Below, piece by piece: positions 9,520-18,860 of a DNA stretch of 64,000 bases (positions within the stretch are counted from its first letter, which is position 1; every line of letters begins with the position of its first letter). Origin of the DNA: Candidatus Dormiibacterota bacterium (lineage in GTDB: Bacteria > Chloroflexota > Dormibacteria > Aeolococcales > Bog-877); assembly GCA_035534755.1 (NCBI GenBank), contig DATLRH010000024.1, forward strand, positions 26,598-90,597, in the 5' to 3' direction. The notes beneath the pieces were generated by a model, which was not told the origin of the DNA, did not search any database, and saw nothing but the letters and a program-made list of their open reading frames with translations. Made by a program: the position numbers and the translations under genes.

Positions 9520-10755
9520 ATGAAGGGGCATTTGAGGCGGCTCTTGGCCGCCGGGGCCATGGTTGGATTGCTCGGGGGGGTGCTGGCCGCCTGCGGCGGC
9601 ACCACCTCGGGGAAACCGATTCTGATCGGAATCTCGCTCTCGCTGTCGGGTGACTTCTCGGCCGACGGGCAGGCCTTCCAGCGCGGATACGAGCTCTGGG
9701 CTCACGACGTGAACGCCCACGGCGGGATCCTCGGGCGCCAGGTCAAGCTGGACATCCTCTCCGACGCCAGCAGTCCCACCCAGGTCGACACCAACTACAC
9801 CAAGCTGATCACCCTCGACCACGTGAATCTGGTGTTCGGGCCCTTCTCGACGCTCCTCACCGTGCCCTCTTCCCAGATCGCCCACCGCTACGGCTTCGCG
9901 TTCGTGGAGGGCGCCGGCGGGGCCCCGGCGGCCTTCGCCGCCGGTCTCAACAACATCTTCGATGTCAGCCTGCCGGTGGCCGACTACATGGTCCCCTTCG
10001 TGAACTGGGTCAAGTCACTCCCGGCCAGCGAGCGGCCCAAGACGGCAGCCTATCCCACCAGCAATGACCCGTTCACGGAGCCGGTCATCGAAAAGGCCAA
10101 GACGCTGCTCCAGAAGCTGGGCGTGCGCACGGTCTACTCGACCGTCTTCCCAGCCGAGGACACGGACTACGCTCCGATCGCGCAGAATGTGGCTGCCCAG
10201 CATCCCGACATCGTCGTCCTGGGCTCAGTCGACGTACCCACCGTCTCGGCGTTCATGCAGGCCTTTGAGCAGGATCACTTCAACCCCAAGGCGTTCGTCG
10301 CCGCCGCCGGACCCGACCAGGGGGCGGCCTTTGTCAGCGCCGTGGGTGCGGCCAACACTGACGGAGCCATGGTCCCCGGCGGCTGGTCGGGAACTTATGC
10401 CAACGCGCAGAGTAAGGCCATGGTCAAGGAATACATCTCCAAGTACGGCGGGACCCCGGCCGGGGTAAACGCGGACGTGGCCGAGGCCTACTCGGTGGGC
10501 CAGGTGGTCGAGCAGGCGATCAAGCACAACCAGAGCCTGAGCAACTCGGCCATCATCAAGTACCTGCACAGCGGCGTGACGTTGAGCAGCGTTCAGGGTC
10601 CGGTCCAGTTCAACGCACAAGGCGAAAACGGCAAGGCAGTTGGGTTCATCTTCCAATGGCAGGGGACCTCGGGCACCTCGTTCAATCAAGTGCTCCCGGC
10701 CAATGACCCCAACTCCGTGAAGATCGTCTACCCAAAGCCCAACTGGGGGAGTTGA
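9520..10755 (+). CDS. ABC transporter substrate-binding lipoprotein, LivJ/LivK (branched-chain amino acid/amide) type
   Basis: Signal peptide with lipobox LAACGG. PBP type 1 fold sequence (ILIGISLSLSG...), with GGAGGGA upstream of the ATG. Confidence 0.88.
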   Translation: MKGHLRRLLAAGAMVGLLGGVLAACGGTTSGKPILIGISLSLSGDFSADGQAFQRGYELWAHDVNAHGGILGRQVKLDILSDASSPTQVDTNYTKLITLDHVNLVFGPFSTLLTVPSSQIAHRYGFAFVEGAGGAPAAFAAGLNNIFDVSLPVADYMVPFVNWVKSLPASERPKTAAYPTSNDPFTEPVIEKAKTLLQKLGVRTVYSTVFPAEDTDYAPIAQNVAAQHPDIVVLGSVDVPTVSAFMQAFEQDHFNPKAFVAAAGPDQGAAFVSAVGAANTDGAMVPGGWSGTYANAQSKAMVKEYISKYGGTPAGVNADVAEAYSVGQVVEQAIKHNQSLSNSAIIKYLHSGVTLSSVQGPVQFNAQGENGKAVGFIFQWQGTSGTSFNQVLPANDPNSVKIVYPKPNWGS

Positions 10756-10759
10756 TCGC

Positions 10760-11638
10760 TTGACCAGTCTCTACGAAGGCTTGATCGATGGGGTGCTGGC
10801 GGGGGCGGTGTACGCCCTCATGGCCGCCGGGCTGACCCTCATCTTCGGGGTGATGGACATCATTAACATCGCCCAGGGAGTCTTCGTGGTGCTGGCCGCC
10901 TATCTGAGCTACGTGCTCGCCGCCCACTTCGGCGTGGATCTCTTCGTCGGGATCCTCATCACCATGCCAGCGCTGTTCCTCCTGGGCATCGCGGTGGACT
11001 GGGCGTTCATCAGGAGACTTCCCGCCCGAGACCGGACCACCATGTCGATCTTGGTCACCTACGCGGTCGCGATCATCGTCGAGGGCGTCCTCTCCGTGAT
11101 ATTCGGGGTCAACTACGTTCAGCTGCACGGTTGGTACGTGCAGCGCTCGATCCACCTGCTCGGCTTTTACCTCCCCGACATCTACCTCTTCGGATTCGGC
11201 ATGGCCGTGTTTTTGATGGCAGCCATCTACTTCATGCTCTATCGGACCCGATTTGGCCGCAGCATCCGGGCGTCGCTGCAGAACCGCCAGGCGGCCCGGC
11301 TGATCGGAATCAACGTCGATAGGGTGGCCACCCTGACTTTTGGGATCGGGGTGGCCGTGACCGCAGCCGGGGGCATGGTCTTCGGGGCGACGACCGCGTT
11401 CAATCCAAACAGCGGGTACGACCTAATCTCCCGGCTTCTATCGATCGTGATCCTGGGCGGGCTCGGCAGCATGGCGGGAGCGATGGTCGCGGCCGTCTCG
11501 ATGCTGGTGGTCGAGGATGTGGTGGCCTCGGTGTGGTCTCCTCTTTGGTCCGAGGTGGTCTTTTTCGCCGCTCTGGTGGTAGTTCTCACCCTCCGGCCCC
11601 AGGGACTCTTCGGCCGAAGCTTCTCTCGCGCCCAATGA
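10760..11638 (+). CDS. Branched-chain amino acid ABC transporter permease (LivH type)
   Basis: Polytopic membrane protein of the LivH/BraD family (LMAAGLTLIFGVMDIINIAQG). TTG start lies 4 nt after the SBP stop. Confidence 0.88.
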   Translation: MTSLYEGLIDGVLAGAVYALMAAGLTLIFGVMDIINIAQGVFVVLAAYLSYVLAAHFGVDLFVGILITMPALFLLGIAVDWAFIRRLPARDRTTMSILVTYAVAIIVEGVLSVIFGVNYVQLHGWYVQRSIHLLGFYLPDIYLFGFGMAVFLMAAIYFMLYRTRFGRSIRASLQNRQAARLIGINVDRVATLTFGIGVAVTAAGGMVFGATTAFNPNSGYDLISRLLSIVILGGLGSMAGAMVAAVSMLVVEDVVASVWSPLWSEVVFFAALVVVLTLRPQGLFGRSFSRAQ

Positions 11639-11708
11639 CCTCGGCGGCCGCACTCCGCGAGCCTCGGGGCCGGCCCGGCTCCGGCCCCATCCCGGGCGGC
11701 CGGGGCAG

Positions 11709-12740
11709 GTGAGCTCCCACCGCCTGATCAAACCCGGACTCATCGGCGTGGCCCTGGTCGCCTTCCTCGCGTTCCCCTGGGTGTTCTCCAACCCGACCTA
11801 CACCACGATTGCGGTTTTCACCCTCATCTACATGACCGCGACCACCTCCTGGAATGGGTTTGCGGGCTACTCTGGCTACATCCCCCTCGGGCACGCCGCC
11901 TTCTTCGGGAGCGGCGCCTATACCTTCGCGGTAATCGCTCAGCACGACCACCTGGGGGCGGGATACGGCCTTTTTGGACTCGTCCCGGTGGCCGGCTTGG
12001 TTGCGGGGATCATCGCCATCCCGGTCGGACTGGTGGCGCTGCGAACGCGGCGGCACACCTTCGTGGTGATCACCATCGCCATCTTCTTTCTATTCCAGCT
12101 GGTGGCCACCAATCTGGGCATCACCGGAGGGTCGTCGGGGCTTCAGGTGCCTGCCCCCAACTGGCCGGGAGCCACCTTCAACGACCCCTTCTATTATGTC
12201 GCCCTGGCGCTCTTGATCCTGGCCCTCGCCGGATCCTGGACGATCCGAAGGTCGCGCTTCGGCCTCCAGCTGCTAGCGATCAGAGACGATGAGGCGCGAG
12301 CCCGGGGGCTGGGGGTCCGCGTCGGGCGCGTCAAGCTCACCGCGTTTGTGATTTCAGCGATTCCAGTGGGCATGGTCGGGGCGATCTACGCCTATTTCGT
12401 CGGCCAGGTGTTCCCACAGTTCGTCTTCGACCCCCTCTTCGACTTGTCGATCGCCCTGATGGCGTTCTTTGGCGGACTGGGGACGGTTTGGGGCCCCGCC
12501 CTAGGCGGGCTCATCCTCGAACCACTGCAGCAGTACCTGACCTTCACCTACTCGGTGGGCGACCTCTACCTGATCATCTACGGAATCATCTTCCTGGTCG
12601 TGATTCTCCTTATGCCACTCGGCCTGCTGCCCTCAGTCACCTCCTGGATCCAGCGCCGTCGCGGAGGTCCGGCGCGCGCTTCACCGGGCGGAGGGGGAGC
12701 CGCATCCACCCTCCGGGCCGAGCCGGAGTCCGGCCCGTGA
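11709..12740 (+). CDS. Branched-chain amino acid ABC transporter permease (LivM type)
   Basis: Polytopic membrane protein with the LivM motif IPLGHAAFFGSGAY. GTG start. Confidence 0.85.
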   Translation: MSSHRLIKPGLIGVALVAFLAFPWVFSNPTYTTIAVFTLIYMTATTSWNGFAGYSGYIPLGHAAFFGSGAYTFAVIAQHDHLGAGYGLFGLVPVAGLVAGIIAIPVGLVALRTRRHTFVVITIAIFFLFQLVATNLGITGGSSGLQVPAPNWPGATFNDPFYYVALALLILALAGSWTIRRSRFGLQLLAIRDDEARARGLGVRVGRVKLTAFVISAIPVGMVGAIYAYFVGQVFPQFVFDPLFDLSIALMAFFGGLGTVWGPALGGLILEPLQQYLTFTYSVGDLYLIIYGIIFLVVILLMPLGLLPSVTSWIQRRRGGPARASPGGGGAASTLRAEPESGP

Positions 12741-13501
12741 CTGCCCTGCTCGAGGTAGACGGCGTCTCCAAGTCGTTTGGCGGGGTGCAGGCGCTCAACC
12801 TCTGCTCCCTCACGGTCGAGGCGGGAACCGTGGCCGGCCTGATCGGACCCAATGGGTCGGGCAAGACCACCCTCTTCAACGTCATGACCGGCTACGAGCC
12901 GGTTCGCCAGGGCAGCGTTCGCTTCCGGGGAACTTCGATCACCAACTCCTCGCCCGACCGGGTTTTCAAGCTGGGCATAGCTCGGACCTTCCAGCTGACC
13001 CGGATCTTCGCCCGGCTGACCGCGATCGAGAACATGCTGATCGCGACCCAGCATCGCGAGGGCTGGCTGGGGAGTGTCTTCAAGACGGCCGCCAGCCTGG
13101 GGCCGGAACGGGAACGAGCCATGGAGCTGCTCGAGTTTGTCGGGATCGCCGGGATGGCCCACCAGCCGGCCGGCATCCTCTCCTACGGCCAGCGCAAGCT
13201 GCTGGAACTCGCCTACGTCCTGGTCGCAGACCCGGACGTCCTTCTCCTCGACGAGCCCGCCGGCGGCGTCAACCCGTCCCTGATAAATCACCTCGCCGAG
13301 AAGATCCGCGAACTCAACCAACAGGGGAAGACGTTTCTCGTGGTTGAGCACAATATGGAGTTCGTGATGGGCATCTGCGACTCCCTGACCGTTCTCCACC
13401 AGGGCGTCGCCATTGTCACGGGCACTCCGGCCGCGGTCCGGTCCGACCCCCGCGTCCTGGATGCCTATCTGGGCGGAACCGATGAGGAAGGGGATGACTG
13501 A
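12737..13501 (+). CDS. ABC transporter ATP-binding protein (LivG type)
   Basis: Walker A GPNGSGKTTLFN, signature LSYGQRKLLE and Walker B LLLDEPAGG. The start is GTG 12737, overlapping the livM stop as GTGA. The track's longer ORF runs out of frame through livM. Confidence 0.9.
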   Translation: MTALLEVDGVSKSFGGVQALNLCSLTVEAGTVAGLIGPNGSGKTTLFNVMTGYEPVRQGSVRFRGTSITNSSPDRVFKLGIARTFQLTRIFARLTAIENMLIATQHREGWLGSVFKTAASLGPERERAMELLEFVGIAGMAHQPAGILSYGQRKLLELAYVLVADPDVLLLDEPAGGVNPSLINHLAEKIRELNQQGKTFLVVEHNMEFVMGICDSLTVLHQGVAIVTGTPAAVRSDPRVLDAYLGGTDEEGDD

Positions 13502-14273
13502 GGCAGCCCCGCCGAGCCAACCTTTGCTGGAAATCGAGGACGTATACGCCGGGTACGGCGGCGGCGACGTTCTCCGCGGAGTCACGTTGGCGGTCCCCCA
13601 GGGGAGCGTTACCTGCGTGGTGGGGCCCAACGGAGCAGGCAAGTCCACTTTGCTGGCTGCGATCAGTGGCGTTCTGGCGATCCGGACCGGCGATATCCGC
13701 CTCCGGGGCGCGTCCATCGCCGGGCGTTCGCCGAGGCAGATCCTCGACCAGGGAGTGGTCCAGGTTCCTCAGAACCACAGCCTCTTCCCGGAGATGTGCG
13801 TCCGAGACAACGTCGAGCTGGGCGGCTTCATCCTCCGCGACCGGGCGTTGGTTCAGCGCCGTCTCGAAGAGCTGCAGGAAACCTTTCCCCTGGTACGGGA
13901 ACGGGCCGACGCCAAGGCGGGCAGCCTCTCCGGCGGGCAGCAGCGCCTGGTCGAGTTCGCCAGGTGCCTCATGCTGGATCCGGCCCTGGTGATTCTGGAC
14001 GAGCCTTCAATGGGTTTGGACCCCAGGACGCGACGAACGGTGTTCGAATCCATTCGCGTCATGCACCAGCAGGGTCGCACCATCCTCCTGGTGGAGCAGA
14101 ACGCCCGCGCCGGTCTGCGGCTGAGCAGCCACGGCGTGGTCCTGGAGACCGGTCGCGTTCGGTTGAGCGGAACTGGCGAGGAAGTCCTCGACCACCCGGA
14201 GATCGGAGCCCTGTACCTGGGCGGGGCGACCCCGCAGAGCCCGGCGCAGCCGGGCAGCCTGACCTCCGCCTAA
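13494..14273 (+). CDS. ABC transporter ATP-binding protein (LivF type)
   Basis: Walker A GPNGAGKSTLL, signature LSGGQQRLVE and Walker B ILDEPSMGL. ATG 13494 overlaps the end of livG by 8 nt. Confidence 0.9.
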   Translation: MTEAAPPSQPLLEIEDVYAGYGGGDVLRGVTLAVPQGSVTCVVGPNGAGKSTLLAAISGVLAIRTGDIRLRGASIAGRSPRQILDQGVVQVPQNHSLFPEMCVRDNVELGGFILRDRALVQRRLEELQETFPLVRERADAKAGSLSGGQQRLVEFARCLMLDPALVILDEPSMGLDPRTRRTVFESIRVMHQQGRTILLVEQNARAGLRLSSHGVVLETGRVRLSGTGEEVLDHPEIGALYLGGATPQSPAQPGSLTSA

Positions 14274-15424
14274 ATGAGCTGGTCCCCGTCGAGCAGGAGC
14301 GCGGGCTGCTCCAAATAGGAAACCAGGGTGGCGAGGAAGGGCGCCGCCACGGCACCGTCGAGCACCCGGTGGTCGCAGCTCAGAGTGAGTGAGAGCACTG
14401 GCTCCACGCTGGGGCGCCCATGGACCGCCACCACTTCATCCCGAATTCGCCCCACCGCCAGCAGAGAGCTCTGCCCCTCGGTGAGGACCGCCTCGAATCT
14501 ATCGACGCCAAACATCCCCAGATTGCTGATGGTGATGCTGGCCGGCGCGAGGTCGGCGCCCGACTGCTTGCCCCGCTGGGCTCGCTCCACTGCCCCCTGG
14601 CGGGCGGCGACCAGCTCGCGGATTTTCGGCTCCTGCGCCTGACTCACGGTCGCCAGCAGAAGCCCCTGCTCGGTGGCGATGGCCAGCGCCACCTGGCCGC
14701 CCTCCCGACGCTTGATCTCCCCGTCCACCCAATAGTCGCTCATCTGAGGGTGCTGAATCAACGCTGCCGCCACGACTCGGAGCAGCAGGTCGGTGTAAGT
14801 CACCGGCTCCCCGGAACGCCGCCTGAGCTCCTCCCGCCAGCCCTGGAGAGTCCCGGCCCGGACATCGCGGCTCAGGTAGAAGTGCGGTGTGGTGGTCCAC
14901 ACCCGAGTCGTATGCAGGGCGACCCGGCGCCGGGCGGTCGCCATCCCGGCGCCTCCCTGGGCGTCCGGGGTCAGATCGGCCGCCAGATAGGCGCCCTCGG
15001 GCCCACTCCCGCCCCCCGGCGTCAGCTCGACGCGACTCTCGCGCGCCAACCGTCGCGCCAGGGGAGACGCGGCAACCCGGTCCCGAGGGACCCCGAATCC
15101 CCCCCTGTTCAGCTCAATGGACTCCGGCGGCGGCGCCGCAGGACGTACAGCGGCGGGATCCTCCCCGACGGTCGGTACGTCCTCCCCTTCGGCGAGGATC
15201 CAGGCCATGACCGTGCCGACGGCGACCTCATCTCCGGGGTTGGTCCGGATTCCCCGCAGCCGGCCTGCGACGGGGGCCTCGATCTCGACAGCCGACTTGT
15301 CCGTCTCGATCTCCATCAGGAGGTCCCCCACGGCGACCTCCTCGCCCTCCTGCTTGATCCAACGCAGCAGCCGGCCGGTTTCCTGAGCCAGCCCCAGGGC
15401 CGGCATGATCACCTCAGTCGACAC
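14270..15424 (-). CDS. Dihydrolipoamide acyltransferase (E2) of a 2-oxoacid/acetoin dehydrogenase complex
   Basis: Lipoyl domain (IETDKSAVEIEAP), peripheral subunit-binding domain (ASPLARRLARE) and catalytic domain with DHRVLDG. GTG start. Confidence 0.9.
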   Translation of the reverse strand: MSTEVIMPALGLAQETGRLLRWIKQEGEEVAVGDLLMEIETDKSAVEIEAPVAGRLRGIRTNPGDEVAVGTVMAWILAEGEDVPTVGEDPAAVRPAAPPPESIELNRGGFGVPRDRVAASPLARRLARESRVELTPGGGSGPEGAYLAADLTPDAQGGAGMATARRRVALHTTRVWTTTPHFYLSRDVRAGTLQGWREELRRRSGEPVTYTDLLLRVVAAALIQHPQMSDYWVDGEIKRREGGQVALAIATEQGLLLATVSQAQEPKIRELVAARQGAVERAQRGKQSGADLAPASITISNLGMFGVDRFEAVLTEGQSSLLAVGRIRDEVVAVHGRPSVEPVLSLTLSCDHRVLDGAVAAPFLATLVSYLEQPALLLDGDQLI

Positions 15425-15436
15425 TCGAGACCAGCC

Positions 15437-16792
15437 TCACGGCAGCTCTAACCCGGTTTCCATCGCTCCGCGGGCGGTGCTGGCCAAACGCTCAAGGTTG
15501 TTTCGGTGGGACTCCGTTTCTCTGGTAGTCGGCAGGGGTCCCTCGACGGTGTAGTACCGCTGCCCCGCGACCATCAGCCGCTCCGCCGGAAACCGCGTGA
15601 TCACCTCGCATCCGGTCGCGGTGACCACCACCTCCTCCTCGATCCGGGCAGCCGTCCACCCGTCCCGAGATGGCCAGTAGGTCTCCAGCGCAAAGACCAT
15701 TCCCTCGACCAGTTCCTCGGGATGCTGGTCAGATACGAGGTGGCTGAAGATTGGCTTTTCCCAGATCGACAGGCCCACCCCGTGTCCAAACTGGAGGCCG
15801 AACGCTGCCTCCTCGTCGGCGAAGCCGAACTCCTCGGCGCGGGGCCAGACGCCGACCACATCCGCGGTCGTTGCTCCCGGCTTGACCTGGGCGATGGCCT
15901 GATCGACCAGGTCTCGGCAGTGCTGGTAGGCATCCACCAGGGCGGGGCTGGCCGAACCTACGGCGAAGGTCCGGTAGTAACAGGTGCGGTACCCGTTGAC
16001 GGCGTGAAGGATGTCGAAGTAAGCGGGATCACCGGGGCGGAGCATGCGATCGGAGTACACGTGAGGGTGGGGATTGGCCCGCTCGCCGGAAATGGCGTTG
16101 ACGCCCTCCACGTGCTCTGATCCGAGGTCATAGAGCACCTTGGCAACCAGTCCGACACACTCGTTTTCCCGGATCCCCGGCCGCAGCGCCTGGTAGAGCT
16201 GGTCGTAGGCCGCGTCCACCATCGCGCAGGCGGTGCTGAGCAGCGTGATCTCATCCTGGCTCTTGATCATGCGGGCCTGCTGCAGCAACTGCTGGCCATC
16301 AACCACGCGCAATCCCTCCGCCTGCAGTGCGGCCAGGATAGGCATCTCGACCAGGTCAACCCCCAACGGCTCGCCCGCCAGTCCACGCTCCTCCAGTTCG
16401 ATGCGAATCTTCCGGGCCACCTCCTCGGCCCGCCCTGCATCGGGATGGAACCCGCCGCGCATGGTGGCGATGCCGGGGCGAGAGCGCTCCTCCCCCAGCC
16501 AGGGGCAGAAGATCTGATGGTGTCGGGCAGCCGAGCCGAAGTCCCACATGATGGGCAGGTCGTTGCGGGGCAGGAGCGAGAATCTGGTCAGCTTGTCGAT
16601 CGCCCAGGTGCCGATATGGGTGGCCGTGATGTAGCGGCTGTTGTTCATGTCGAAGCAGAGCAGAGCGCCTAACTCGGATTCCTGGAGCACCTGTTGGATG
16701 CGGGCGAGCCGATCGCTGCGGAGGCGCTGGTAGTCCACCCGCGCCTCCCAGTCGACCGCGCCCAGCCCATACGTCCTGGTCAACTGGCTCAT
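15437..16792 (-). CDS. M24-family (pita-bread fold; creatinase/prolidase/DddP-like) hydrolase
   Basis: N-terminal creatinase-like domain plus a C-terminal M24 domain (GHGVGLSIWE, ALETYW, RIEEEVVVT). Strong AAGGAGG lies 9 nt upstream of the ATG, in the 21-nt gap after E1beta. Confidence 0.8.
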   Translation of the reverse strand: MSQLTRTYGLGAVDWEARVDYQRLRSDRLARIQQVLQESELGALLCFDMNNSRYITATHIGTWAIDKLTRFSLLPRNDLPIMWDFGSAARHHQIFCPWLGEERSRPGIATMRGGFHPDAGRAEEVARKIRIELEERGLAGEPLGVDLVEMPILAALQAEGLRVVDGQQLLQQARMIKSQDEITLLSTACAMVDAAYDQLYQALRPGIRENECVGLVAKVLYDLGSEHVEGVNAISGERANPHPHVYSDRMLRPGDPAYFDILHAVNGYRTCYYRTFAVGSASPALVDAYQHCRDLVDQAIAQVKPGATTADVVGVWPRAEEFGFADEEAAFGLQFGHGVGLSIWEKPIFSHLVSDQHPEELVEGMVFALETYWPSRDGWTAARIEEEVVVTATGCEVITRFPAERLMVAGQRYYTVEGPLPTTRETESHRNNLERLASTARGAMETGLELP

Positions 16793-16813
16793 TTGGTCAG
16801 CCTCCTTGGCGCC

Positions 16814-17827
16814 CTACTTCGGCCGGCACAGGTCGCGCACCGTCTCAACCAACCCGGCCGTGGTCGGGACCGTCAGGTCCTCAAGCACCGGCGAGAACGG
16901 GATCGGAACGTCAAGGGCGCCTAGCCGGCGCACCGGCGCGTCGAGGAAGTAGAAGGCCCCCTCGGAGACGACGGCGGCCAACTCGGCGCCCACCCCGTAG
17001 CTCCTGTGACCCTCATCCACGACCACCGCCCGAGAGGTCCGCCGTACCGAGTCAATGAGTGCCTCGCGGTCGAGCGGCATGGTGGTGCGGGGATCCACTA
17101 CCTCGCACTCGATCCCCTCCTGGGCAAGCACGTGAGCCGCCTCCAGGGCGACCAGGACCATGCTGCTGGTGGCAATCACGGTGACGTCCCGGCCCGGACG
17201 CTTGATTTCAGCCACGCCGAGGGGAATCGTGTATTCCGCGACGGGTACCAGCCCCTTCTGCTGGTAATTCATCTTGTCCTCGAAGATGACCACCGGACTG
17301 TCGTCCCGAATCGCGCTCTTCATCAACCCCTTGGCGTCGCGGGGGGTGCTCGGCAGTGCCACCTTGAGACCGGGGATGTGACTGACCCAGGCGTGCAGGC
17401 TCTGGCTGTGCTGGGCCGCCGAGCGCCGGGTAGCGCCCAAAGTGGTGCGGATGGTGAGCGGCACGCTCAGCTTGCCGCCCGACATGTAGTGCACCTTGGC
17501 GGCCTGGTTCGCCACCTGATCCATGACAAGTCCCAGGAAATCCCCGAACATGATGTCCACCACCGGGCGCCTCCCGGTCATGGCCGCACCCACCCCGATC
17601 CCGGTGAAGCCTGGTTCGGAGATGGGGGTGTCGATTACGCGATCAGTTCCAAACTCCTCGACAAGTCCACTCAGAACCTTGAAGGGGGTGCCAGCTTCGG
17701 CGACGTCCTCGCCCATGACGAAGACGGTCTCGTCGCGGCGCATTTCTTCGGCGATAGCCTCCCTGATGGCCTGGGCCATGGTCAGCTCCCGCGACTCAGC
17801 GTCGGAGGTCGGTTCAGGCGTAGACAT
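16814..17827 (-). CDS. 2-oxoacid (pyruvate/acetoin) dehydrogenase E1 component beta subunit
   Basis: LTMAQAIREAIAEEMRRD N-terminus and transketolase-like Pyr and C-terminal domains. It overlaps the E1alpha stop by 14 nt. Confidence 0.92.
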   Translation of the reverse strand: MSTPEPTSDAESRELTMAQAIREAIAEEMRRDETVFVMGEDVAEAGTPFKVLSGLVEEFGTDRVIDTPISEPGFTGIGVGAAMTGRRPVVDIMFGDFLGLVMDQVANQAAKVHYMSGGKLSVPLTIRTTLGATRRSAAQHSQSLHAWVSHIPGLKVALPSTPRDAKGLMKSAIRDDSPVVIFEDKMNYQQKGLVPVAEYTIPLGVAEIKRPGRDVTVIATSSMVLVALEAAHVLAQEGIECEVVDPRTTMPLDREALIDSVRRTSRAVVVDEGHRSYGVGAELAAVVSEGAFYFLDAPVRRLGALDVPIPFSPVLEDLTVPTTAGLVETVRDLCRPK

Positions 17828-18860
17828 CAGTCATTACCTGATCCGGGTTGGGATACGGCGCCGCCGTGGCGAACGCGACCGCTTCGCCGAGTTCTTGGCT
17901 CAGGGTCGCGGCGATGGTCTCCAGGGCCACGTCGTCGGCCAGCCCCTGGGACACTATCCAGGCCCGGGCCAACTCGATTGGATCCCGCTCCTCGCGCCAG
18001 AACTGCTCTTCTTCACGACTTCGGTAATAGCCTCGGTCGACATCGCCGACGTGGTGACCGAAGTAGCGATAGGTGTTGCAGAGAAGGAAGCTCGGACCGT
18101 GGCCGACCCGAGCCCGCGCGACCGCCGCCGCGGCGGCCTCGTAGACCGCGCGGACGTCCTGGCCATCCACCTCGGTGGCTGGGATGCCGAAGGCGGTCGG
18201 GCGGTCGATCGGGAGTCCCGCGACGGTCTCCGATCCCGGGGTGTACTCACCGTAAAGATTGTTCTCGCAGACATAGATCACGGGAAGTCGCCAGAGCGAG
18301 GCCATGTTCATGACCTCGTAGAGAACCCCCTGGCCCAGGGCTCCATCGCCGATGAAACTGACCGCGACCTGGTCGGTCTGGCGCTGCTTGATCGAGAGAG
18401 CGGCGCCGGTCGCTATTCCCAAGGAACCCCCGACGATGGCGTTGGCTCCCAGGTTGCCCCGCTTCTGGTCGGCGATGTGCATCGAGCCCCCCTTGCCTCC
18501 GCAGTAGCCGGCGGCCTTGCCCAGGAGCTCGGCAAACATCAGCTTAGGTTCGGCGCCCTTGGCGAGACAGTGGCCGTGGCCGCGATGGGTGCTGGTGATG
18601 TAGTCGTCGTCCCGTAATGCAGAACAGATCCCGACCGCCACCGCCTCCTCGCCGCTCGAGAGGTGGGCCAATCCGGGCATGACCTGGCGCTGGTAGAGAT
18701 CGTTGACCCGGTCCTCGAAGAGACGGATCGAGAGCATGAGCCGGTAGGCGTGCAGCCAGTCCGGACCCCCTCCGTCGGCCGGCGCGGGAGTCTCACTGCT
18801 GGAAGGGACCGGACTTTGGAAGGGGTCGGCCACCACACTTTCGGATGGGTCAGCGAGCAC
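17814..18860 (-). CDS. 2-oxoacid (pyruvate/acetoin) dehydrogenase E1 component alpha subunit, TPP-dependent
   Basis: TPP-binding motif GDGALGQGVLYEVMNMASLWRLPVIYVCENN and the HRGHGH segment. Confidence 0.92.
   Translation of the reverse strand: MLADPSESVVADPFQSPVPSSSETPAPADGGGPDWLHAYRLMLSIRLFEDRVNDLYQRQVMPGLAHLSSGEEAVAVGICSALRDDDYITSTHRGHGHCLAKGAEPKLMFAELLGKAAGYCGGKGGSMHIADQKRGNLGANAIVGGSLGIATGAALSIKQRQTDQVAVSFIGDGALGQGVLYEVMNMASLWRLPVIYVCENNLYGEYTPGSETVAGLPIDRPTAFGIPATEVDGQDVRAVYEAAAAAVARARVGHGPSFLLCNTYRYFGHHVGDVDRGYYRSREEEQFWREERDPIELARAWIVSQGLADDVALETIAATLSQELGEAVAFATAAPYPNPDQVMTDVYA

Noticed and set aside
17006-18313. 435-aa plus-strand ORF (and 17523-18617) across E1beta/E1alpha
   Set aside because: Antisense shadow ORFs with low-complexity Arg/Gly/Pro composition. 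The opposite strand encodes unmistakable E1 subunits.
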